From: Lingula anatina | Lineage: Eukaryota; Animalia; Brachiopoda | Assembly: GCA_051362555.1 (NCBI GenBank) | Contig: CM120640.1 | Span: 1,364,001 to 1,428,000, forward strand | Reading direction: 5' to 3' | Length of the DNA: 64,000 bases | Shown here: positions 24,516-37,110 of the stretch, piece by piece | Layout of the letters: each line of letters opens with the position of its first letter | How positions within the stretch are numbered: position 1 is the stretch's first letter | Position numbers and translations under genes: made by a program | The notes under the pieces: generated by a model | Told to the model about the DNA's origin: nothing | The model's database searches: none | What the model saw: the letters and a program-made list of their open reading frames with translations, nothing else

Positions 24516-25842
24516 ATGCACCGTGGCTTGACGACGTCCAGATGAAGCCTCTTCGTTAGTTTAACAGTGGCTTTAGCTACGTTATTGTTTCAAATTTGAT
24601 CCAAGACAAATTTGCTGTAAGATGATTCAATTTTGAATGTCTTAATAAATCCAAAAATTCAACTCATCAATTGTCTATTAATTGCGTTTACTCCTAGTCT
24701 CTCTCTCTGTCTCTCTCGTTCTCTTGTGCATTATGTATTTCTGTTATTTCTCATAATGTTTCTCTCCTCATACTTTCTCAGCATACCTGGGGTCATGTAT
24801 GATAAAGCGACAAGACAAGGCTATTCTCCGCTGTAAAATAATTGCTTGGGCGGGGGAGTTTGCCGCAGATAAAGAAAAAACACTTGAGTATGGTAGATTA
24901 TTAATCAATACGCGAACCTAAAAATCAACCCATACAAACAAGATATCTGTGAAAGCCATCTTTAGAACAAGAACAGATGATGCCAATACCTCTCTGGATA
25001 GTCCCCTGTTAATAGTCCCCTGTCTTACTAACTAGCAAACAGAAATTTACTTTGACTATTACTTTAAGACCTATTGAATATTCATAATTAAGACGGGTGA
25101 TACACAGTTGGGGAGTTAACGGGTGACTAGAAGGTCCTGTTCTCTTCTTTATGTTTACTTCTATTACTCTTTCGAATATTTGCAGGTTGACTTGGCCCTG
25201 TATAATTGGTGTGAAACAAAATGTCAAATAAAATTCTCTAGTGATAGGGTTTGCAAGTATCCACCAGTTTTTATGTACATACATGTACACAGATGTGTCT
25301 GTCGTCGCCGCGCACTATTACCGATAACACGATAAGTGGAAACCGTTTTACCTTTTGGTTTGAAACTTATAGAACAGATGAATATTCATAATACGCCGGT
25401 CAAGTTCGAAAAACAACAAGATCGAGTCCTTTTCTTACAAGATAGGCTGTTTTTTCACTTTTTTCAGTTCGATAACACGATAAGTGGAAAACTATTTTAC
25501 CTTTTGGCTTGAAACTTACAGAAGAGATAAAAATTCAAAATATGCAGGCCACGTTAGAAAATCAGCATGATCGGGCCATTTTTATTGTTATGCTGTTTTT
25601 TTTTCACTTTTTCCATCATATGTACAACACTGATAACACATTTCAAGGAAAATCAATAAGCCTTCTATCTTAAAACCTACAGGAGTGATTCATCTTACTA
25701 AAATACAGGCGGAGTTTGAAAATCAACTTGATTGGACCATTTTTTCGAAAGGTTATGCTTTTTTTGCCTTTTTTTGGCATATATGCAACACTGATAACAA
25801 TTCCAAGGTAAAACGATCAGCCTCTTATTTTAATATTAAATA

Positions 25843-27503
25843 CAGACTTGACATTTAATATGGAATATTTCAGTTTTAAAGGTATACCTAGGTAAAAATG
25901 AGTTTTTTATCGAAAAATCTCAAATCTCATATAAGATATCTGATTGGGGAAGTGTGAAGACAGGTGTGTCTCTACCAATTAACTGATTACCAAGTCTGAT
26001 GCATTGCTGCATTGTGTAATATGCAGTGATTTCATTGGGTAGTGCTCCTTTGGGCTGGCCAAAGCTTGGCTTTGGCGAGGCATGGTTATGTCAAAAATGT
26101 ATCCATATGTCGGCAACCATTGCATAGAAGAATTTGAAATTTTGCATGCAAGCGGTCGGTTTTGCAGTGCATAAAATGAGTTAAGCATTGTTTATCAAAA
26201 TCGTTAAGCTGTGCCAGAATGGCGCGAAAAAGACAGACATTGCCAGACAGATTATTGCCCCAAACGGAACTGCCCGCACAGTTTCATAGAGTAATGCCCA
26301 GGGTTATGTACCCACACAGACAACACGTCCAATGTATCGGTATCTTACCACCAAGATTCAGGACTCATAGTCCTTCAGGAAATGCTGCTACAATTAAACC
26401 AAAACCACCTAGTCCGTTTTAAATGAGGGGCAAATTGTCACCAAAACGCGTATTTCAAGGCGCTAAGCGAAGACCAAAATGGTTTCAGCAGGTTAGGATA
26501 TTAGGCGACCTCTGAGGAAGCCACTGTAAACGGCAAAACAGCGTGGTTTGTTTCTCTAATGAATTGGGGACCATGACCGTTTCTGGGCAGAACACTGAAA
26601 TCGCGTTGTTTTCTTTATTGAGGTCAGATTTCACCTGTACCGCTATATTGGTCAAAAAAGAGTTTACAGACATCCTGAAGAGGCCTACGACAAGGTGTGT
26701 GCCGCTTCTGAAGTGACTAGGACCATTGACAGCGTCAATATTTGGAGTTGATACCACATTGGTGCCAAAACACCAATGGAAGTCATCGATGAAAACCTGA
26801 ACCAAAACAAATAAAGGAATAATCTGGGAACCACTTGACTATCATTTGATAGGGGGCACCTTAGGTACAGTTTTAAGTTGCACGATCAGATTGCTGGTTC
26901 ACACAGAGAACTTTTTATAGCAGATAACTTACAGAACCAAATGAATAAGCAGCTACCTTGGTCATCAAAATCGCCATATTTGAACCACTTTGACAATATG
27001 TGGTTCGGTCAATAGTCGCCGAATCAACGGCCTGCATGTCCTACAACAACACTGAACCAAATTGGACAAGTTTTAACCGTTGCCTGGAGTTTTATTCCGG
27101 ATTAAATTCTAAAAAAATATCGCAAGAAATGCCTTGCCTCTTGAAAGCTCTGGTAGCAGGAAGATAAGGTCAGGCATAGCAGCGACTGTTACTGTGACTA
27201 GACACTGTCATGAGGGTCCTTTGTGGGTCGTGTAAGTCTTTTAAAGACGATAATTTGGAAGATATGGAGATCCAAAATATATTTTTCAATGGTTGTCGTA
27301 TGACTTAAAATTGGCAATGCATTTTTGTTTGCTTCACTGGCGAAGTCAATTAAAGAACTGATGTCGCAATGACATGGAACATTTTATCAAAAGTTATTAA
27401 AACACGATTTTAATCCTTATTTTTATTTATCAGTCTGCAAAATAGGAAAAAAACTGATGAATGATGATTTAGAAAAAATATTCCATATTAAATGTCAAGT
27501 CTG
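25843..27503 (+). mobile_element. Decayed Tc1-family transposon (1.66 kb)
   Basis: Perfect 28-bp TIRs CAGACTTGACATTTAATATGGAATATTT and TA TSD. Internal remnant WSSKSPYLNHFDNMW (26959-27003) matches the Tc1 WPxxSPDLNPIENxW motif; VCFSNE (about 26547) matches FSDE. Confidence 0.85.
26219..27180 (+). pseudogene. Tc1 transposase pseudogene (frameshifts and stops); boundaries approximate
   Basis: Degenerate DDE-region motifs spread over broken reading frames. Confidence 0.7.
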
Positions 27504-29045
27504 TATGTTAAAATATACAGACCAAGTTAGAAAATAAGCTTGATCGATTTACATGTAGTTTTGATTAAATTATGCCTTTTTTGTATTAAAGTATTTTTAC
27601 CTCAGGTTTCATTCTTAGGCATGTTAACTTACTAGCATCATTGAGCTAATTAGATAGGCCCCGCGTAGCAGTGTTCTTTTGACATTTTCTGCCTCTTTAC
27701 AATATTTTCAGTTGATTATATAAAAATGATGGTAAACTTGTTATTGTGTATTGTGTAGTAAAGTGCCAACAATGGAAATAAACCCATATCATTGCAGTTT
27801 GTCAGATTCAATTATTCACTATGTTCAGAATCTCACAATGGAGCAATTTGGCATATAAAATTGTTCTATCGATATTTTTCCTATGTAAACAATTTTCTTA
27901 GTTGATCATGTAAAAATGACAGTCAATTTATTATTATTATTATTTATTTTATTTATTTTTTTTTTTGATAATAAAAGTGTTGAAAATGGAAATAAACTCA
28001 ATTCGGTACAGTTATATCTTGTTTACATTTTGTCATCCTCAGGGTTTGACTCTGAATTTCCATGTCCCTGAAGACTTTTGCTAGTCACATTTTTTTTTTA
28101 TTATCCATGACACTTTTATTTTATTATTCAAAATTGATGGTCATTATGCTGTTCAGCATTATGAAATGTTGTATCAAAATTGAAGAAAACCCTGTTCTTG
28201 ACACTGCAAAAGCAAAGCCATGTCACTTACTCTTTTCAAACTTTCAGAAAAGTAGCATAGGACTAACATATAGCTTATTGGTTAAGATTTCTGGAAGTTA
28301 TACAGTTTTTTTTTTTGTGAAAATATATCGACATTCTCAAGGTGTGACTTTGAACTTCCATGAGCTATGAAGACCTTTGCTAGTCACATTTTCTGAATAT
28401 CCATGATACTTTATCAAAAATTGATGGCCATTATGCTGTTAACCATTATGTAATATTGCATCAGAATTGAAGAAACCCCGATTTTGGGGCGCCATAGTGA
28501 CCATTAAAGAAAAACCATGTCACTTATATTACTCTTCCTAAACTTACAGGAAAGAAACACAGGACTAAAATACAGCCCGAGTTGGAAAAGCAGGATTGAC
28601 ATACGGCTCAAATAAAAAACCAGCACTATTGGATTATCATATTTCATTGCATTAATGTAATTTTTTGTGATAATTTCATTTTTCTCATTCAGATATTTTA
28701 TAAGTGTGAACTTGAACTCTCATGTGCCTGAAGCCTTTTTTTTTCATCAGTGTTACCTGTTGTGCATAATTAAAATTTGATGTTGACTTTGCATTTTAGC
28801 ATAATGCATTATTGCATCAGAATTGACAATTAATATCCTATTTTGTGCATTATTATTTTCTGCTTTTTGTCTGTACATTTGACAGCTTTGCTGCCTTGTT
28901 TTTTATTTATTTATCCAATATTGATAAAGACACCCTTCATATTAAAACATTGACAATACCGGATGCACCCGGTTAAATTTTTTCATTACTATTATTTTTC
29001 TGTTTTCCTTTTCTCGCGTTAAAACGCGTAGTCAGTAAGAATGAA

Positions 29046-29093
29046 TGGTTTTATAAATACACCGATTACATAATCGGTGTATTTATAAAACCA
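29046..29093. repeat. Perfect 23-bp inverted repeat with 2-nt spacer
   Basis: TGGTTTTATAAATACACCGATTA-CA-TAATCGGTGTATTTATAAAACCA. Confidence 0.95.
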
Positions 29094-30874
29094 CATCAAA
29101 TGGACCAAGCACTTAACAGACAGGGATGAATATTTCAACGGAAAACCCCTGAAGTACTAACTGAAGTACTAACTTAAAGGGTGACATAACTTATGTCTTA
29201 GGGCGTCATAAATTTGGTGAATAATTAATTCCATGACATAAAGTGCTTCTTCAGGTTGTTCGTACCCATGTATTTATGAAGTTGTTTGTCGGAATAATGT
29301 TACTAAGCGTCCTCCTGCTCATCTTTAATCATGATTATTTTTAAGTGCAATTACATCTCCATAACATATTCATATTGCTGTAATAGTGCCAGCATACATT
29401 AGGACATGATTCATGACAGGCAGGTTGTATGTATTATGCAGTCATACTCAATGGTATATCGTGGATAACCAAGGAGACATCGCTCTCCCAGTCAAGTATT
29501 TTATTTTATTGAAGTGTTCTAATAATAGGGAAATCAGTGGTAAAGATTCGTGCCAAATTACATGAAGAAATCTACTTACCGCCATGTTGAAATGACAATT
29601 TTTTGGGGCTGAGATGAGTAAAGGAATTAGACTGATTGAAATGTTGCATACTGTACTCCCAAGATTTTGATGTCTATTTAAATCACCTTTCTCAGGGAAA
29701 GAGGTAATATCACAGTATACCCTCTATCCATGACATGTGCTTGTTACCTTCGATCATCATAAAGGTGCCCTATACCTGTAGATACCCTGTTACACATAGT
29801 TATATTGGAGCTGTTGAATGAGGAAAATTACTGCTTTATCACCGCATAAAATAATACTGATTTATTTAACGCGAAGACTGAAAAGTGAACAATTCATACT
29901 TATATACCAGAACTCATATACCACCATGTACAAATGTTGCATGAATCTTTCACCACGTGTGGAAAACACATCAACTGTAATTATTGGTTACCACTGAAGC
30001 ATTTTAAAGGTGTTAGTGGATTAAAGATATGAAATCTAATGTCTCATTCTTGGCATTTTGTCAATTTTCATCTAAGATGTTTTCAAGTTCATGAAAAATT
30101 ATGGTGCCCTTTCAACTAATGTCAACTGTTTATTGCAAACTCGTCGTTAAGAGATACATGATTAAAGCATAAAATGTCCAATACAGATTAGCATAACAGG
30201 TAAAAGATAATCATATTCCATAAACTTTTATAAATGAGGATGTTTGAAATATATATTTGCAAATATCTTCCTTGAAATAATATGCAAGTCAAAATACCAC
30301 TTCAAACGTTCATCATAAAAAAAGTGATTTATACGTTTCAACGCCCTGTACAATGTCCATATAAGTCGAAGAGAAAGTCTGCGTAGTTGCCTGCGGACGA
30401 AGTTTGCTCTCAGGAGAGTAGTCTTGGCTTCCAGTCACTTAGCCAGGTAGGTCAACTGTTTTGTCATCTTCTAGACTTGGAAGTTTCGATGGCTCGTGTT
30501 ATAGATATTTGATTTAAAATGTGATCAGCTCGGATAGTTCAGCATCTGTATGTTTGAGTTTTCGACCAAAGCAGTGTTGCTTAAACTCAGGAGAGAGATG
30601 GTCCGACGGACAGCGGCGATATAGAGAAGTGGGTCTTTAATATAAGAATTCTCCGTATAATCACCTCTCCCTTGCAAAGTATATAACTCACTAGTTATTT
30701 AAGATTTATTACAAGCAGCTTCATCAAAAACAAATTTATTGCTGTTGGTTAACAAAAAAAAAAAAAAAAAATGACCAGGAGAGTTCATTGTGTCAAAAAT
30801 AAAGGATAAACAATACAAGGTCGGATTTGCCAATTATAATTAAAACAACCGCTTTTCATTTCAGTTGCCTGAAA

Positions 30875-33800
30875 ATGGTCAGTTACCAGATCATCCTTGC
30901 CGTCGCCGTTCTAGGTTGTGTCTTGGCAGTGCCACCTATCGACCCACCGTATGGACCGGCCCCGGCCCCTTCAGTCTATTCTTACCGGTGGTCTGTGAAC
31001 CCGCCAGCAGCGGCTTACAATGCTCTGACACCAGGTGTGGTATTATGATATCAGCTTGTTCTGTCATTCGTTTTGTAATCTTTTTATTTATCTTGTGTCT
31101 CATATTCACCAGATATATTTCACTGAAGTATCATTAGGTCATGGCAACATATTTGTTCTTGTTTTATTGAAAAGAAGACTGTAAGGAAACCTTAAAAGCT
31201 AATCTAGGTTACTGTCACGTGATATACTCATCGTCTGCCAGCTAAGTTTTATATATATTAATCGCGGCATCTTTTCTACTTTCAGCACAAAAAGACGGTA
31301 AGTGGTCTTTCTTTTTTGAGTTAATATATCATGTTTATCATGTAGACACTGTGCAATAGTTAAACAGACGCATATTAACCCTGTTATATGTCAACACATT
31401 ACCATTTCCACAATGTGAGTTTGAATAGATTTACATCCTTTTTGCAGGATAAGAAATATTATTTGATTATATTACACTTTCATCTTTTCTCAAGAATAGG
31501 GATATTATTTGTCGATTCCCTTATTGTACTTTCCAGAAATCTGCAAGGAGTGCAAGCCTCTTGGAAGTGGCCTTGGCGGCTTCTTTGCTGTTGAAGGTGA
31601 CCCAATCCACTACATTCGCTGTGTTCCACTGGGTGACACTTGGCAGGTGCTTGTATTACACTGCTGTAACAACAGTAATCATGGCGGCAGCAGCACCGTG
31701 TGGGACCAGGAAGATTTGACGTGTGTTCATGGTACAGATCCGAATCCCTACCCGTGTGGTAAGTAATGTGCTTTGTAGTTACAAACATGTACCGAAGATT
31801 AATCCAAGGCAAATGTCTCACACCATTGCCTTTTCTATAAATGTTTATGGTGTAGAGCGAGGCGAAAACATTGTTGGCACTAGTGCTCCACACACTTGCT
31901 CTTTCTCTTCCTCATCTCCCCCACAGCTCCTTCAGCCAAAGACTGACTCTCCAGTGGGCTGTGCGTTCACTGTCCGGTTGTACTAGAGCTACGAAGCTTT
32001 CTTTACTTAATTTCCATTTCAAATTTGAAACGCACAGATTGGTTGAAGACAGTCCCCGGTTTGACAACTGCCAGCTAATGACAGATTCTAGAAACGGGCT
32101 CTGAACCGAAGAGTACTTGCCTACAGAGCAGAGCGGTTTTACATGTACATTCGATGCCTGTCACGGTGTTAAAACAGACTTGTTGTTACACAGTTGTATG
32201 TCAACGTAAAGGGAAATGGAGTGGGTTGAGCAAGCGATTTAAAAAAATTATATCTATAGGTCCATTAATAAATTCATATATATACTTTCCACATATACTC
32301 CTGTTAAGAAAGAGGGACGTTGGTAATATATTAAACAGGCAATATTGATGAAAATCACGTGAGTGTTTTATCTTTCAGAGGGTTTTACTGACTGGCCTAC
32401 CCACACCGTACCACATGTTCGTAAGTATCTACATAGTAAATATAGAATAAAACTACGAGAGTAAGCTTTATTTGTTCAAACTGGTGTATCACTGACCATT
32501 TTATATTAGTAGGGGAGACCGGGGCTAGTTGGACCCCGGGGTAAGTTGGCCCCCCGTCAATTTATGAAAAAGTAACTAAGAGGTAAAAAAATTGGCCACA
32601 CACTCTTGCAAAGTGACCGTAGCCTACAATGCTAAGGAAGTGTCGGATGTTAAAAAGTTTTACTGAAGCTGTGAGTCGAAATAAACAATTTTAGCACCTA
32701 AAAGTAATTTTGTTTAAGAGATTTAAAAATCTATTTTCATAGGCTTTTGATCGAATATAAGATATGTATAGGGCATCAAACTGAAGCTCATTGTTTCAAG
32801 TTTCACATAGATGTATCATCGTTGCTCATTCTAGCACCATAAATGGCTACCATCCTTTAAAATAAATAATGTGCACCCGGGGCTAGTTGGCCCCCTTGAC
32901 TCGGGGCAAGTTGGACCCTCATATTACCCACAAACCTTTGCGCGCAACGCTGTTTGAAATAAACAAGTTGGTGAAATTGACAAAGCTTGCATGCCGGTGT
33001 CTATTACCGTCTGATTGATTTTTTAAATTTTCTCACTGGTGTCTTTTTGAACATTTATATTAGAAATATTCTGTTGATTGTAAGTATTAAAAAGCAAATC
33101 CATTGGACTTTCCGTAGAAAAACATTTATTTTGCCTTAATTCATTGTAAGGGGATTCCCTTTGTATTTATAGTGTTATATGTGGCCCCAAGGGGATTTTC
33201 CACCCCTCCCTAGCTAGAGACCATTATTGAAAAAACTCTATGGTTTACAACTGAATTTGTTACTTTCTTTTAAAAAGAAAATTTATTATTCGTTTTCATT
33301 CATTAAAAACCTTCTTTATACCATTATTTATTTATTCTTAATTAAAACAAAATACATTTTATTGATAGATATTTTGGTTCTTGCAACACATACCCCCCCC
33401 CCCCCCACCCCCCACCCCCCAACAACGTGACGTACAGAAACCTCAATAATCTGCCTCATTTGAACTGTTTATTCACCAAAGACTCAAAAATCAATTAAAA
33501 AAATTAAAAATTTATAAAAATGTATTTCAAGGCGTTTACATGGGATATATACTTCATTTTCGTATATGGGGGCCAACTTGCCCCGACCCTGGGGCCAACT
33601 TGCCCCATGGCGGGGCAAGTTGGCCCCCTTGACGTCAACTGCGTTTTTTGTCAAATTGTGAGCTACCTGGCATTATATTCGAAAAATAATGACGTTGCAT
33701 ACGTAGCTTAGTTCATGGTGCTTACTTTGAAACCGGTTTTGTTACTCTAACCCACTCCTAGTTGGCTCTACAAGTCCAAAAGTGTCTAACTGGGCCAACT

Positions 33801-35348
33801 AGCCCCGGTCTCCCCTATTTTTGTCTCTTTTACTTTTAGGCTGCATTTCATTACGTGAGATCTGAAACCCACAGGTTTTGGCGCATATAGCAACTCTTTT
33901 GTACTTAATAGCTGTGTGGAATCTAACGCCAAATCCCGTGATGATTTCGTACTTTAAAAACCGATTTAGTTAGTTTAGAGTTATTGTATATACAGGTATA
34001 AATCAAACCGCTCATATTCCATTCACCTGTTTCCCAGCATTTTGGCCTCTGGTGTGGACCCCTCATTTGCCAACCCTGCTAGAGGACAGAGACTTTCCCA
34101 CCGGTGCAGTTGACCGCGTTGCCACGGGGGTGTACACCTTCGCAGGTGGTCACGTGCATAGGGGCTTCCGAACGAACGATGTGCCGAATACGGTACCAGT
34201 CATTGAATTCGACGGACAGCAAGTCCCCGACCACAACACCGCCCAGAACTCCCACTCCCACATCGAGATCCCATTCTTCCAGAACGCTGACTGGAGTTCA
34301 TACTTGCCCGGGTTCACGTTCACCCTGGGGTTCTGCGTGGACCCAGGTTCTCCAGCAGACGCTGCCCTGATTACTAATGCTGACTGTAATTTCACCGCCT
34401 CCGTGGAGCTCACGCTCAGAGGCGGCAACACGCTCGAGGCTATGATCCGCACAGAAGGTGGCCCCGAGGATAAAATTTCTCTGCCTTTACCAGTACTGCG
34501 GGTAAGCCTGTAAAACTACTTCTGAGGAATATCCTGTCATCTTTTAAAAGTTTTTAAAACATTGCAACATTTTCTATCAAATCAAATTACATCTAAACAC
34601 ATAGATAGTCAAATTGGGGTTAACATAATTTTTTATGAAAAAAAATATCTTTTGTTATTTCAGCCAAGTGGTTGTTACTTTGCCGGATTTTCCTACACAC
34701 GTGCTACCAACCAGATGCTTTTATGGTTGGATGATAATACTTCCATAAATGGAATAGCCTCTGGTTTGCTCTTTTTCTATTTTATCAGACTGTTTCGTAT
34801 CACATTTAGACATTGTTTATATAACTAATTTTTTATCATTGCAATTATTTTTGTCTGGTCAGTTGTGCCTCTTTTCAAGGTTTGAAAAACAACTTTCTTC
34901 ACAGGATATCATTACATTGTACAAGACTTGTGTTTATTCTCCTTTCTGTTATTATTAACAAGAGCATAGAAATTTAAAGCGAAATCTATTTTACAGGACC
35001 ACCGAGAAAAATCAACCAAAATCCTCTATTCTTCGGATACAGTTGCTATGGTTACCCTGATACAGCGCCACCACGTGCTCTGGATGGAGCTCTGGCTGCA
35101 GTACGTCTCTCTCTCTCTCTCTCTCACTCTCTCTCTCTCTCTCTCTCTCTTATATATTTGGCTAAAAGCTTCTAATGTTTCCTTTTTGATAATCCTTTTA
35201 TTGCTGAACTTTCAAACATAAACGTGTTGGAAAAATGTTGGAATGTGAACTCTGAGTTTGTATTCTTCAGATTCATATCTGGGGTGACCAGGCAATGACC
35301 ACAGCCGAAATGAAAAGTGAGTGTGTAGCGGCTGACTTCTGTCCATAG
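30875..35348 (+). CDS. Secreted chitin-binding type-2 + laminin-G domain protein (Pif/BMSP-like), paralog 3, 393 aa
   Basis: Exons 30875-31034, 31286-31297, 31537-31758, 32379-32420, 34038-34501, 34664-34763, 34997-35100, 35271-35348. GT-AG introns, conserved phases, 1182-nt open frame. Confidence 0.88.
32512..33815. mobile_element. Non-autonomous DNA transposon with TA TSD (Tc1/mariner/pogo-type) in an intron of paralog 3
   Basis: Perfect 21-bp TIRs GGGGAGACCGGGGCTAGTTGG / CCAACTAGCCCCGGTCTCCCC, TA on both sides, repeated GGGGCAAGTTGGCCCC motifs. Confidence 0.88.
35107..35150. repeat. (CT)n microsatellite; shorter paralogous copy at 24229-24246
   Basis: Direct reading. Confidence 0.9.
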
Positions 35349-35642
35349 GTGCACCATGGCAAGACGGCGTTCTGATGAAGCCTTCAACAGTTGCTTTAGC
35401 TACGTTATTGTTTCAAATTTGATCCGAGACAAATTTCCTGTAAGATGATTCAATTTTAAATGTCTTAATAAATCCTAAATTTCAACTCAACCCAACAATT
35501 GTACTTTAATTGTGTTTGCTTCTAGTCTCTCTCTCTCTCTCTCGTGCGTTATGTATTTCTGTTATTTCTTGTCTCTTAATGTTTCTCTCCTCATACTTTC
35601 TCAGCATACCCGAGGTCATGTATACGATAATGTGACAATTAA

Positions 35643-36107
35643 AACCAGAACCACTATCGGGCTTAAAAGTTTATTAAACTACATAAAAGTTTACATAAAA
35701 TTACATAACTACAGTAAACGTTAACTACTTCAACAAAGTACATCAACCCGTATGTTAATGAGTTGCAACCCTTAGATACAGGTAGCAATATTACTAATTG
35801 CAGCTGTTCAAAATTCCCATTTACTAAGCGTAAATGTTAAAAAAAACTAAGTGAACATCATGTACGCAAAATGTGTAATGCCAATGTAAGAGGCGCCTTC
35901 CGCCCATATGAGGGACGGGAGGGTGGGAAAATCTTCTACGCTTATGCTTAAGCCGCTTTTAATTGAAGCAAAATGGGCTCGAGCGCCCTTACACGCTGTC
36001 CAGCTCTAACGGCTGCCAGGCTCTAACTGCCAATTATTTTGAATGCGCCACGTGAGCTGGCTGACCAATCCCGAGCCCGCAGCCTAGGCGTCCCTCTAGT
36101 GGTGGTT
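35643..36107. mobile_element. Probable TTAA-flanked (Kolobok-like) insertion
   Basis: Absent in the paralog-2 3' flank (about 24812). TTAA-AACCAGAACCACTA ... TAGTGGTGGTT-TTAA. Confidence 0.45.
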
Positions 36108-36463
36108 TTAAATACCATTCCCAAAGGGAAAGGGTACAACAAGGCTATTCCTCGCGGTCAAATAACTGCTAGGGCTGTGGAGTTTGCCGCTGATAAAAAA
36201 GATATACTTGTGTATGGTAGATTAGTAATCAATACGCGAACCCAAAAATCAACCCATACAAACAAGATATCTGTGAAAGCCATCTTTAGAACCAAAACAG
36301 ATGATGCCAGTATCTTACTGGGTAGTCCCCTGTCCGCTCGTTAACTTACTAGCTAACACAAATTTACTTTGACTATCACTTTAAGCCCTAATTATTATTC
36401 TTAATAAAAGGCGGTCTATAAATCGTTTAACAGGTGACTAGAGGGCCCTGACAACCTCTGTAA

Positions 36464-36791
36464 GGGAGGGGACTGTACCCAAATAGGGCTAAAAATGGAT
36501 AAAATCAACAGTAAGTCTTAAGAGAAAAATCCCTGAACCCCTTTTGTAGTACTTTGTTCAAGTGTTATAATACCATTAAACGCATGTTTATAGCTGTCCA
36601 GGTGCCTGAGAAAATCAGGAAACCAAAAATGATGTTTTGCCCCAGAAATCCCAATATTACATCACACGACGAATTTGGAGCTGTGTTTCGAGCATTATTA
36701 GATGTTTTGAAGATACATTAAATGAATGCAACAGGGATAAAAAAGCAAAGACCTTTAATTTAAGATAAAATCTCCAACCTGCAGTCCTCCC
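36464..36791 (+). mobile_element. Kolobok-like MITE
   Basis: Termini GGGAGGGGACTG / CAGTCCTCCC with degenerate TTAA flanks; second copy at 17974-18588. Confidence 0.65.
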
Positions 36792-37110
36792 TTTAGTCAA
36801 GTGTACACTTAAATTCACTTGAATATTGCATCTCGGTTTTAGACTTCAGCCATAGATAACCAACTTCTACTACCATACATAAGTTTTACAACCCAAGATG
36901 TTAATTGCTGTTATTTACTTTTTGATCAGCAACTTGAAGTCCGCTCCCCACACCCCCGTACATGTATGTGGTCTTAAGCATACGCTTTTATTTGAACGTT
37001 GATTCTGTAAGAAAAAAATGAATAAAAGAAAAAATAAAATCAAGACAAAAAGATAAAAATTATTCTATAGCCTATCACGTTGTTGTGATCTCAAGCCTCC
37101 CGTTGACCAG

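Larger units (their letters stand above)
25280..28900. mobile_element. Composite repeat insertion with internal tandem units of about 150 bp and about 300 bp (possibly Helitron/Helentron-like non-autonomous element); boundaries approximate
   Basis: Absent from the paralogous region near 17925. GATAACAC..AAACTTACAG..AAGTT.GAAAA..GATCG units at about 25324, 25471, 25632 and 25793; GAAGAC(C/T)TTTGCTAGTCACATTT units at about 28070 and 28370. Confidence 0.5.

Noticed and set aside
7139-34452. Antisense and alternate-frame ORFs over the GTPase and ChtBD2-LamG exons
   Set aside because: Shadow ORFs of GC-richer coding exons.
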